A DNA stretch of 64,000 nt from Phyllobates terribilis (GCF_046119375.1 NW_027362774.1:27838001-27902000); one strand, 5' to 3'. Shown: positions 12,180-24,570, numbered from the stretch's first letter. Notes: generated by a model not told the origin, from the letters alone. Translations and numbers: made by a program.

Positions 12180-13240
12180 TGTGTGTGTGTGTGTTTATTT
12201 AACTCTTTTCTTACAGGTTTAGTAATGAGGGTGTCTGGTTGAACCTAAGGGTTGGTGTCAGCAACACCTAATCCCATTACCCCTTTTCTCCTAATGCCAT
12301 TCAAATATGAAGTGTCATTTCAGGGGCAGCTGAGGGCTGCTATTTTTAGTATAGGAAAGGGCCATTAGGCCAACATGCTCCCTGGCTGTTTGGTTAGCCT
12401 TTAGGCTACGTCCCTACGATTAGCAACCAGCTGTGCTTTGGATAATACGACGCCCCCATTACTAACCCCATAGTTTAAATAAACTAAGTTTTAAATATAC
12501 ACACGGCCTTAAAAAAATCTTTAACTTGAAATAAAAGTCCACACGGTTTTAATAATTTATTTAAAAATAAAAAACACAGTATACTCACCTAACTCCTAAT
12601 CTGCTGAAGCCATTGTCACCTGTAAAACAAAATAACAAACAACCATATCCCTCACCGGTCCAATGTGGTGACGTAATCCAGAGTGTCCCATAAAGATCTG
12701 GGTCAGTTCTAGAGCAGTCACATCAATCACTGATGTGACTGTTGTAGAGGACAGCAGGCTACACACTGACACAGGAGTGTAATCTCTCCTGTATCTGTAT
12801 AGCGCTGAGCTGCCGAGAGAGAGGTCACATGAGTTCATCAGCCAATGATCAGCTTATGAGCTCCGGTGACTTCACTTTCTGCACCGCTGCTTGAGAATTT
12901 TCTCACGCAGGATCAGTGCAGTAAGTGAGGTCATCGGAGCTCATCAGCTGATGAACTCATGTAACCTCTGCACTATACAATGCTGGGAGCGATCACATTC
13001 CTGTCAGTAATGCTGGGTGATCAGATCGCCATGGGACACTCGGGATTTCGGCAGATAGGTGAGCATATGGTGTTTTTTATTTTAACATTCATTTAATTTT
13101 AACTTTTTTTCACTGCGAACACAGATGCAGGCTGATGACAGCTCCCATCAGCGGCACCTGCTCAATATCATCAGCGGCAGCAGTCATATGCTGATGGGAG
13201 GAGTAGTCTCTCATAAGCCGACGCCTGTCACAATTCTTTG
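12180..13240. mobile_element. Palindromic MITE-like element (second copy ~17650-18740)
   Basis: Internal inverted repeats (e.g. gatcagcttatgagctccggtgacttcacttt vs agtgaggtcatcggagctcatcagctg); shares cccccattactaacccc motif with the element at 1-3871. Confidence 0.55.
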
Positions 13241-13767
13241 TGCATTTTTGACCCATTGACTTCAAGTGAGTCAGTCGAAAATTTTCAGCAAATACGCAAA
13301 TATTTTTATACCTGCGTTTTTGGATTTGACTGACTCAATTGAAGTCAATGGGTGAAAAACACGGCAAAACGCACAAAGAATTGACATGCTGCAGATTTAA
13401 ACGCAATGCAAACCCTAAGGGTATGTGCACACGGTGCGGATTTGCTGCGGTTTTGATGCTGCGTTTTTATGCAGCGTCAAAACCGCAGCAGCCAGATGTT
13501 ACAGCATAGTGGATGGGATTTCTAGAAATCCCATGTCCACTATGCGTCTTTGTGCACCTGCGGATCACCTGTGGAAACTGACATGAGGTGCGTTTTTCAG
13601 ATCCGCAGCATGTCTATTTCTCTTGCAGAAGCGCATGCGGATTTTCCCCATAGACTTGCATTAGATGAGGAAAATCCGCATGCGTAAAAACTGCATGTGT
13701 GTTTTGTGTGCGTTTAAACAGCGGAAACGCATACAAAAATGCTACGTGATGATCAATAAAGTTTTTT

Positions 13768-14235
13768 CTCTACGACATATGTTTATTTCCTTTGTGTGTA
13801 TTGGAACAACACAAAAACACAGAGAAAAAAGATAAATTGGACATAATTTTACAAAACCACAAAAATGGGCTGTACAAAATTTTTGGCACCTTTCCAAAAT
13901 TGTGAGTAAACAAATTTGTTTCAAGCATGTGATACTCGTTCAGGCTCACCCATGGCAAGTAACAGGTGTGGGCAATATGAAAATCACACCTGAAACAATC
14001 TTTGCATTGTGTGTCTGTGTGTGCAACACTAAGCATGGAGAACAGAAAGAGGAGAAGAGAACTGTCTGAGGACCAAAACTGTTGAGAAATAACAACAATC
14101 TCAAGGTTGCAAGTTCATCTCCAGAGATATCCAGTGTCAGAAAGCAGGATTTGCATCTTACATCATGGGTCTTCCAGCAGGACAATGACCCCAAACATGC
14201 TTCAAGAAGCTCCCAGAAATGGATGGAACAATTTC
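13768..14235 (+). pseudogene. Heavily deleted Tc1 remnant
   Basis: VFQQDNDPKHASRSSQKWM peptide at ~14165-14225 and Tc1-like upstream sequence. Confidence 0.7.
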
Positions 14236-14799
14236 AAGGGCGCCAACACTTTGGGCCATGACTGCATATACAGTATGCTGAATACACAGACCATACGGCT
14301 AAGATTATGTGCCCAAAGCCTTGAGGATGCAATTCAGATTGGGCCCGATGGAGTTTGTCTGGATGGTACAAGGTAGTCTAGATCCAAACTGGTCATCGTT
14401 CGCTGGGGACAAAAGAAATCTCTCAACTTTTCCAGGGTCTATATGCGGATTCAAGTTTACCACAGACAATTCTGGGGACACTTATCATTGCTTTTGCACA
14501 ATTTGGATGGCTCCGGAGATAGTAGCGAGAAGGCATCTTGCATTTTCAGTCTTCAAGAGAGTCAATGACTTTATTTTTCTGCTATCCAAGGAGACGGCTA
14601 TTGACCCAGAAGGCAAATTCTATGGCTGCTGCTATGCGGTCCTGCAAATGAGGTCCACCCTCCTTCATATCGCCCTTCGAGGACTGGAAATCCCAAGTGG
14701 GAGGGAAAAACCTCTGTTATGATGTAAATGACTTTGCAAGGTAATTCTTCTATCTTGAAGGTCACCATTGAGGTCGTCCAACATTGCCATCTCCGTAAA

Positions 14800-17700
14800 T
14801 ATATATATACACACATGAGTAGATATTAAAAGTCACTGCGTCGTCCTTATCTGTCAATTACACTTCCAAAAGGGGTTGTCATCCAGCTTTCCTGAGCCCT
14901 GGAAAGCCGGATGACTATTTTTTCATTGTAATATTTTTGCAAAAAAAAACACAGCAAAAAGGGGCAGCAATGTTTACCTGCCCAGGTCTCAGAGCTAATG
15001 CACTACCAGGATGCAGCAAACCAATTTAATAAAGATGGCGGCAGCACAGGTGCAAAATACTGATGAAACAACCACTCACAACCTACCAGTTCATAGAGGG
15101 GGTGATTGCTTAGTATTCAAAAATTGTACACAAATAAGGCTTGTATAGGGCGCTGTTCACACATGGATAGTGAACAGTATCTGGCTTACCCGTCAATTAG
15201 TGACGCCCATGCTATTAGATTAGGTGGGCTGCCCGGTACTATCCAAGTGCACCCCATGAAGACAGACACCCTAGTTTACAATGCCAACACTGATGGGCCT
15301 GGCTGCACCCTGGAATAAAAAAGTGCAAAAAATACATACAGTACAGACCAAAAGTTTAGACACACCTTCTCATTTAAAGATTTTTCTGTATTTTCGTGAC
15401 TATGAAAATTGTACATTCACACTGAAGGCATCAAGACTATGAATTACCACATGTGGAATTATATACTTAACAAAAAAGTGTGAAACTACTGAAAATATGT
15501 CTTATATTCTAGGTTCTTCAAAGTAGCCACCTTTTTCTTTGATGACTGGTTTGCACACTCTTGGCATTTTCTTGATGAGCTTCAAGACGTAGTCACCGGA
15601 AATGGTTTTCACTTCACAGGTGTGCCCTGTCAGGTTTAATAAGTGGGATTTCTTGCCTTATAAATGGGGTTGGGACCATCAATTGTGTTGTGCAGAAGTC
15701 CGGTGGATACACAGCTGATAGTCCTACTGAATAGACTGTTAGAATTTGTATTACGGCAAGAAAAAAGGAGATAAGTAAAGAAAAACGAGTGGCCCTCATT
15801 ACTTTAAGAAATGAAGGTCAGTCAGTCTGAAAAATTGGGCAAACTTTGAAGGTGTCCCCAAGTGCAGTTGCAAAAACCATCAAGCGCTACAAAGAAACTG
15901 GCTCACATGAGGACCGCCCCAGGAAAGGAAGACCAAGAGTCACCTCTGCTTCTGAGGATAAGTTTATCCGAGTCACCAGCCTCAGAAATCGCAGGTTAAC
16001 AGCAGCTCAGATTAGAGACCAGGTCAATGCCACACAGAGTTCTAGCAGCAGACACATCTCTAAAACAACTGTTAAGAGGAGACTTTGTGCAGCAGGCCTT
16101 CATGGTAAAATAGCTGCTAGGAAACCACTGCTAAGGACAGGCAACAAGCAGAAGAGACTTGTTTGGGCTAAAGAACACAAGGAATGGACATTAGACCAGT
16201 GGAAATCTGTGCTTTGGTCTGATGAGTCCAAATTTGAGATCTTTGGTTCCAACCATCGTGTCTTTGTGCGACGCAGAAAAGGTGAACGGATGGACTCTAC
16301 ATGCCTGGTTCCCACCGTGAAGCATGGAGGAGGAGGTGTGATGGTGTGGGGGTGCTTTGCTGGTGACACTGTTGGGGATTTATTCAAAATTGAAGGCATA
16401 CTGAACCAGCATGGCTACCACAGCATCTTGCAGCGGCATGCTATTCCATCCGGTCTGCGTTTAGTTGGACCATCATTTCTTTTTCAACAGGACAATGACC
16501 CCAAACACACCTCCAGGCTGTGTAAGGGCTATTTGACCAAGAAGGAGAGTGATGGGGTGCTACGCCAGATGACCTGGCCTCCACAGTCACCAGACCTGAA
16601 CCCAATCGAGATGGTTTGGGGTGAGCTGGACCACAGAGTGAAGGCAAAAGGGCCAACAAGTGCTAAGCATCTCTGGGAACTCCTTCAAGATTGTTGGAAG
16701 ACCATTTCCGGTGACTACCTCTTGAAGCTCATCAAGAGAATGCCAAGATTGTGCAAAGCAGTCATCAAAGCAAAAGGTGGCTACTTTGAAGAACCTAGAA
16801 TATAAGACATATTTTCAGTTGTTTCACACTTTTTTGTTAAGTATATAATTCCACATGTGGTAATTCATAGTTTTGATGCCTTCAGTGTGAATGTACAATT
16901 TTCATAGTCATGAAAATACAGAAAAATCTTTAAATGAGAAGGTGTGTCCAAACTTTTGGTCTGTACTGTATAACATATATGAAGTATTGGTCAAAATGCG
17001 CCAGTTCGCAACCCGCGTCAAGGGTCCTCATACTTGCAAGTACGATCACTAAACTAAAAGCAAAGCCACAATAAATAAATATTTTTGCAACTAGCGAGTG
17101 GCTTCCAAGGTGGAAGCTGCCCCCATAAAATTTCACATTACTTCTTTTACTTCAGTTTCCAAACCCTAAAATGGTTAAAAGTGACCTGTTGATTCTTCTT
17201 CTGACCTGATCATTCAGTGGGAAGATGCCACAAACTAAATAAAGAAATCTATAGGGAGCCCAAAAAGACAGACTGAATACACCTGGCGTCTTTTCTAGAA
17301 TTTTAAAAATGCCACACAAAAAAAACGCGGGTGATTCCTGAAGCGGGTTCACCTGACTTCAAGGCTATGTGCACACGTCGAGTATTTGGTTGCAGTAAGT
17401 TGTGAAAAGTTTCTGTCTCTCTTGGCAGCAAAAACGCTGAAGAAAAAACACACTTCTTTATGCGTTTTTATACAGCAATGAATGCTTTTTGGAGCTAAAT
17501 AATGATATTTGAAAAAAGAAATGTGGGACATCGCTTTAACCCTTGGATTACCGTCGGACCTAGGGTGAGTATATTGGGTTAATTTAAATGCTTAAAGAAT
17601 GTGTCTGTTGTATTTAAATAAAGTGTTTTATTGTGTGTGTGTGTGTGTTTATTTAACTCTTTACTTACAGGTTTAGTAATGAGGGTGTCTGGTTGAACCT

Positions 17701-19263
17701 AAGGCTTGGTGTCAGCAACATCTAATCCCATTACGATGAAAAAAAGAATGGACCGCACCTCCAAAAACATACGTTGCCTCTCGGCAAAAATATATAAAAC
17801 TGAACATGAGGTTCTTAGTTTAACATCCTGATCAGACTGTATGAAGCCCACTGCCAAGTCACGGCAAACCTCATAGTGGGTCCTAACATTTCCTGCCTGA
17901 AAGGGAGCGGAGCCGTGCGCCAACCACCACCGCTGCGACAATGCATCAGCAGGGCGGGCGGCCTGGTGCCTCACAGCACCCATGCTGTAAGGCCGAGTCC
18001 CCATGACTCCAGGCCACGCTGCCCCACAAGCACGAAACTATAGCAACAATGGCCGACACACTGCACCAACACCACATGAAATGAGCATTGTGACTCACCT
18101 TCCTCAAGCTCTCAATTATAATAATTTTTTTACAAATAAAAAACACAGTATACTCACCTAACTCCTAATCTTCTGAAGCCATTGTCACCTGTAAAAAAAA
18201 ATAAAAAACAACCATATCCCTCACCGGTCCAATGTGGTGACGTAATCCAGATGTGACTGTTGTAGAGGACAGCAGGCTACATAATGACACAGGAGTGTAA
18301 TCTCTCCTGTGTCTGTATAGCGCTGAGCTGCCGAGAGAGAGGTCACATGACTTCATCAGCTAATGATCAGCTTATGAGCTCCGGTGACCTCACTTTCTGC
18401 ACCGCTGCTTGTGAATTTTCTCACGCAGGATCAGTGCAGTAAGTGAGGTCATCGGAGCTCATCAGCTGCACTATACAACCCTGCACTATACAATGCTGGG
18501 AGCGATCACATTCCTGTCAGTGATGCTGGGTGATCGGATCGCCATGGGACACTCGGGATTACGGCGGATAGGTGAGTATATGGTGTTTTTTATTTTAACA
18601 TTCATTTAATTTTAACTTTTTTTCACTGCGAGCACAGATGCAGGCGGATGACAGCTCCCATCAGCGGCACCTGCTCACTATCATCAGCAGCAGCAGTCAT
18701 ATGCTGATGGGAGGAGTAGTCTCTTATAAGCCGAAGCCTGTCACAATTCTTTGTGCATTTTTGACCCATTGACTTCAAGGGAGTCAGTCAAAAATTTGCA
18801 GCAAATACGCAAATATTTTTATACCTGCGTTTTTGCTGCGGATTTAACTGACTCAATTGAAGTCAATGGGTGAAAAACGCGGCAAAACGCACAAAGAATT
18901 GACATGCTGCAGATTTAAACGCAATGCAAACCCTAAGGGTATGTGCACACGGTGCGGATTTGCTGCTGCGTTTTTATGCAGCGTCAAAACCGCAGCGGCC
19001 AGATGTTACAGCATAGTGGATGGGATTTCTAGAAATCCCATGTCCACTATGCGTCTTTGTGCACCTGCGGATCACCTGTGGAAACTGACATGAAGCGCGT
19101 TTTTCAGATCCGCAGCATGTCTATTTCTCTTGCAGAAGCTCATGCGGATTTTCCCCATAGACTTGCATTAGATGAGGATGCGTAAAAACTGCATGTGTGC
19201 TTTGTGTGAGTTTCCGCAGCGGAAACGCATACAAAAACACTACGTGATGATCAATAAAGTTTG
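14800..19263. repeat. Segmental tandem duplication, copy 2 (segment A, DD38E insertion, segment B)
   Basis: Near-identical to copy 1 apart from substitutions, a ~40-bp deletion near 18250 and a non-matching block (~17715-18120 vs ~12255-12540). Confidence 0.9.
15339..16968 (+). mobile_element. Tc1-related DD38E (Intruder-like) transposon, full length (1630 bp), decayed start
   Basis: TA duplication on both sides; ~200-bp TIRs CAGTACAGACCAAAAGTTT...; transposase ORF 15846-16805 (WSDE...QDNDPKH...DLNPIE, 38-residue spacing) ending inside the right TIR; upstream ACG in place of the expected ATG and an in-frame TGA near 15828. Confidence 0.94.
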
Positions 19264-19599
19264 TTTAAAAAAACCTATTCTCTAATTTCAACATGATGAC
19301 ATGAAAAACGCATGCGGCAAAATCGCATCAAAAAATGCATGTGGCAAAACCGCATGTAAAAACCGCAACTAACCTAATTTGCATATTAGGTGTGGAAATG
19401 GTGCAGAAATTCTGCAGCGTCAAAACCGCAGCAAATCCGCACCGTGTGCACATACTCGAACGGGAAAATTCCTGATCATGTGCACAGCACTTCCACTTCA
19501 GGATTGTCCGTGCATTAGCTGGCACAAGGATTCCCTAGCGTTTTTCAATAATTTCTGAGCAGAAAAAACGCACCAAAAATGCACCGTGTGCACATACCC
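18937..19599. mobile_element. PIF/Harbinger-type MITE (truncated paralog from 13419; related ends at ~11908, ~17362, ~21911)
   Basis: Ends GGGTATGTGCACAC...GTGTGCACATACCC preceded by TAA; internal palindromes; superfamily assignment from terminal sequence only. Confidence 0.55.
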
Positions 19600-20142
19600 T
19601 TCGGGTGTGTGAACTCGGGTTTTTGGAGCAGGTCTGCTTCAAAAATGCTTGAAAGAATCTTACTGTTCCTTTCTATTGTAAAACCACTTTCCTGCCCCCG
19701 TTCAGTCTTTTGAGTCTTTTACTTTTCGAATTCGGGTTTTGAAAAATGTCTGATGGGAGAAAACAAAGTGCATGTGGCTTCCCTGAAGCGGAATTTGAAG
19801 GAAACCTCTCCAAACTAGACACCGTCCAATCAAACCTCTTCTAAATCCACTTCAGAAACTGAAAAACTCCTCCAAAAACTCCCAGAAGAAGGAACGTTTC
19901 CTGAAGCGATAGCCAGCAGAAAACGAGATTCAGGCAGCTAGGACTTGGTTCTCAGAGCTCCTGTCTGGTTGTCCGGCAAATCGATTGTCTCATCTCTACT
20001 CCTCTTGTCCCCGCCAAAAGGGGGGGATCTAGTGACTGCTGCAGCCAATCGGCAGACATTAATTGGCTGCAGTGGTCATGTTCTGCCAGTGCCAGAAGAG
20101 TCTCCTCGCTCTTCCTACCGGTTCAGATAGAATGTAACTGCT

Positions 20143-21585
20143 TAGTAGACAAAATCCCCAAAAACATGGTGCTGGTCTGCACATCAACACGTACAGACAT
20201 GTGTGTGCCACCGCAAGGAGACCACTCCAGAAAACATGGAGAGACGCAAGAGGAAAAAGGAGTTTAAGGTTAGAGCAGCGTGGCTACAGTCGGCGTTCGA
20301 TTAAGAGGGGTTACAACAGGGCTAAAGCAACTCCGAGAGGCCAACTACTCCATTGCCATAATAGAAAAATGTAATCCTCTCAGGGAAAAATAAGTTTTAT
20401 CTCCACATATAATACCGAGTGGGATAATATGCGATCAATTCTCGTCAAACACTGGCCCATACTCTGTACTGAGCCAGCTTTGGCTATGGCTCTTACTGAC
20501 CCGCCCTTCCATGACACCAAGGAGATCCAAAAACCTTAGCGATCTCCTTGTTAAAAGTCACTACGTTTCGGTCAACTGTACTTTTCTGTCGTCTTTCCAA
20601 AGTACTCTTGGATGTTTTCCTTGTAGTCACTGCCTGGCATGCGCCAATGTTTTGAGCTCCCAAACCTTTGACTCCTCGGCTGGAGACCGCCAATACAATA
20701 TCCAACATTGGAGATCTTGTAGTTCCACCTACGTCATCTATTATGCTACCTGCGGGTGCCCACTCATCTATGTGGTGTTTACCTCCAGGGAGCTTAGGGT
20801 CAGGGTTCGGGAGCATGTTAGGGACATTGGCGTGGTCAGGTCTGTGACTGACCCCTCTCTGAGCTTAAAACACTCCCCCGGCACTTCCGCCAGTTTCACG
20901 ATTGTGATGCAATGTCTATCTGTGGTATAGACATTGTCCATCTTGGAGCTAGGGAGGGTAATGTTAGACGACTCCTTGCGCAGCGGGAGGTAAGGTGGAT
21001 CGTCACCTTGGACACGATGGCCCCCAAGGGACTTAATGAGTCCCTTATTTTTTCCTCATTTCTTTATTGGTTCCTCCTTTGTGATTCTTCTTCCTCTGAC
21101 TAGTTTTTAATTTTCATAAATATATATTGTCATAGTAATTTTATTTTTTTCAGTTGGTGCTCTCTTACTGCTTGGTTTATTGTTTGTTTTTTTTCATGTT
21201 ATTTTTTTGTTGCGCTTGTTATTAATTTTTTGCTTTGAGAAAGCTCCTTACACTCCACGCGAAACGCGCGTCGGGAAGTGAGGTACGTTTGTACCATTCT
21301 CTCTTTGTCCTATGCCAGGTAAGCAGTGCATTATTTGTGTTACTTATGGCCTGTGCACCATTGAGACTTGATTCCCAGGTCCTTTCATTCGGTTCACTGT
21401 ATACCGACTCTGGTGAACCACAGGGTTTTGTTTGGCTATTTGCCCACCAGAACCACCCTATTTATCTCTGCATCTTCATATTATTGCACAAGTCTATTGT
21501 TTACACTCATTTTACTATATGTACTCAAGAAAGATTTATATATTTTTTTACTCTAACCTTAAACTCCTTTTTTCTCTTGCATCTC
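20143..21585 (+). mobile_element. 5'-truncated Penelope-like retroelement (GIY-YIG endonuclease), decayed
   Basis: 14-bp flanking direct repeat agaatgtaactgct (20129-20142, 21586-21599); peptides LEQRGYSRRSIKRGY, ILVKHWPIL, CSSTYVIYYATCGCPLIYV..TSRELRVRVREH, REVRWIVTLDTMAPKGLNE. Confidence 0.88.
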
Positions 21586-24169
21586 AGAATGTAACTGCTG
21601 TAGCCAATTAGTGTCTGCTGATTGACTGCAGTGGTCACCTGATGCCTCCACCAGAAAAGAAATCTGGGAAGCCGTCTACCAAGTGGAGTCTGTCACTTGC
21701 TTGGACTTTTTTTTTTTTTCATTTGTACTAAAAAAAAAATTCTATAAAATACTAGTTACTTTTTTTAAAAACTCTTCTTATCGATTTCAAAGGAGAAAAA
21801 AAAATTCAACATCCACATGATGCTGATTTTTTTTTCCTATGTTGAATTCATGGGTCGTTTCTGCCTGAAAATATAAAAAAATAAACCTGGTCCAAATTTG
21901 TCTACTGAATGGCTATGTGCACACTGAGTGTTTTTCGAAGGGCAGAAACTCCAAGTCTTTAAGGATATGAGCATTTCTGAGAAGGATTTGGATAGTTTCC
22001 ACTCTGTTTTTTGCTTGGTTTCTGCTCCAAAAACTCTTGAGTGCACATAACCAATCAATGGAAGCAGAAACAAAATGCCCCATACAGAAAAAAATCCCTA
22101 AAAAAAAAAAAAATAGCCTTTTTTTGTGTGTGTGTGTGTGTCTGTGGAGTTTTCAGCCTGAAAGATGGACATAGCTTTTGGCCTTAAGAGATTTTGAAAA
22201 ATACCTGCTGGAAAAAAAAAAAAAGTATCAAGAGCAAAACTCTTTCAGGAAAAGAAAAACTGCTCCAAAAACTCTCCAAGGCTATTTGCACACGGAAATT
22301 TTTTTTGAGAAGTTTTTGGAGCAGAAACTGAGCGTAAAGCTCTCCAGATCTTCTTCAAATTGAGTTTCCACTCTGAAAACTATGCAAAAAGACTCTGTGT
22401 GTACATAGTCCAAGAAAGGAGAGTTTGGTGAAGTGGTTGAACGCCTTACAAAAAAAAAAAACACACTAAAAAAATAAACTAAAAACAGCCTAAATGACAT
22501 ACAATTGCCATAGTCATAGTATAGCTGTGGATACCTGGATGGCGTTTAAAGAGTTGTTTCAGTAGCTGTGAAGTATTAGGGGTCCCTAACATACTATAAT
22601 ACTACCTTGCAGATCCTCAGGGGGGTCGAACAATTCGTGTTACATGTATAGAGGGATTGGGCATGTTAACAATCAACATGCCCAGTCCTTTGTTTTCATG
22701 AGATATAAGTTGCCACAAGAAAAGTCTGACTGCAGCCCAATCTCTTTTCCCTTTCCGAGTCATCAATTTACCAGTTGCAATTTCTGAAAGTCACTTTTTT
22801 TTTTTTGTCATGTGGTATTTGCCGACTTTCCATCAAATTCTTCAAAGCGACGGCACGTGGATCCTGGATTTGACGCAAAATCAAAAAACGTTCATATGTT
22901 TTTTTTTCTTTAACCGGTTTTTGCAACCTTTCAACACCAAAAGTTGCCAAAACTTTAAAAAGTCGCAAATTTTTCATTAAAAAAAAAAAATGCATTAAAT
23001 TGAAAACTTACTCCAAAAAAAAAAACAAAAAAAAACCATACGACATCTGATAAGAGTCAAATTTTGTGAATCTGTCTAAAACGGACCTGAAAAAAATGGC
23101 GCAAAAAAATAAAATAAAGAAAATTACTTAAGAAAAGAGGAGAAATATAGGAATAAAAAATGAATAAATAAAATACAGACGAAAACATTTTTTTTTTATT
23201 GAAATGATATAAAAGATACAAAATATTTCCTTCTAATTAGAACATAATTTATCTGCAGCAAAAATATTTCCAATTAAAAAAAAAAAAAAAAAAAATAAGG
23301 CTTATAAAATTATATATAAAGGGATACATTATGGGATGTCTTGCCATTGATTTAATTAAGTACACCCCTGAGATGTGAAGCAATGAGCGCTGACGTGTGG
23401 GTGGAGCGGACCTCCTCTTTCATGGTCTTGCAATGCTCCTCGTCCCTTACTAATGTACCTGAGAAGACGATCCTTAGTATACCCCACCCAGACCTTGTCT
23501 TATTTTAACCATTTCTCCACGCAGGAATGTTACCCTGCAAGAATGTGACATCTTCACAACCTGACGGAAAGTACGAGGTGTTGTAATAATATTTCCATTA
23601 GAAATAATTAATCTTGAACTGAATGTTAAGAATGTAACAAAGGCTTCCAGTAAATGTCTCAGAGATGGCCCCCGGATGGATTGCAGAAAAATCATCAATC
23701 AAATCACATCGGACCCCAAATTCTCCCATGTCACACCCCCAGAGCTACAGAGGTCACTCCATTCGGTAATCTGTTGCCCTGAGAATCGGCTCCTTTCTAT
23801 GTGAATCCGCAGCTCTTCCTTTGATTAGCCGGCCTGGTGCGATCATCGCGGTGGTCTGAGGCCGGCTAATCAAATGAAGAGCTGCAGATCCTTTTAGCGG
23901 TTATCCGGCCAAGAGCACCAGATCGGGAACGCGCATATTTCGCCATCTTATGACGTATCAGCTTGTTATTCCCGTCTGTATATTGCTAGGACAGACCTTC
24001 GCCGTATTCTCAGCATCCTTGGGGGTCCATCGATCAGCGATGGTCTAATATTGCGCCCCTTTCTAAATTGTCCCTGCACATCAAAGCCCCCCACTGCATC
24101 CATAGTGACCTGCTATAACCCCTTTATTCGCCCAGACCCCATAATAATATAGTCGTGGCTTATCCTTCA

Positions 24170-24570
24170 ATTTCTAAAAAATATTATAATATATATATAT
24201 ATATAGTTTTTTAATAATCATGGTATTATATATTTTTTATTTTCTATATATTTTCTATTATATATATATTATATATATGTATATTTAATAATATACAATT
24301 ATATGATTATTAAATATACACATATATATAAAATATATAATTTAATAATCATAATTTTTATTATATAATTGATTATGATATATATCCATATTATATCATT
24401 TATATTATATAATATATATTTATATTATATAGATTTATATTTTATAAGTAATTATATTATAATTTATTATATATTATAAAATATAAATATTATTGTAATA
24501 CGTATATATTAAATAATAATGTGATTATTTAAAAAAAATTATATGTATATATACACATACATACACACTT
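24170..24570. repeat. Extremely AT-rich low-complexity tract downstream of TMEM231
   Basis: Almost only A/T with TA runs; contains AATAAA on the minus strand (24463-24468). Confidence 0.85.

Larger units (their letters stand above)
5277..13763. repeat. Segmental tandem duplication, copy 1 (segment A 5277-5819, DIRS insertion, segment B 11509-13763)
   Basis: 5277-5819 aligns with ~14800-15332; 11509-13763 aligns with 16969-~19263; similarity stops after caataaagttt. Confidence 0.9.
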
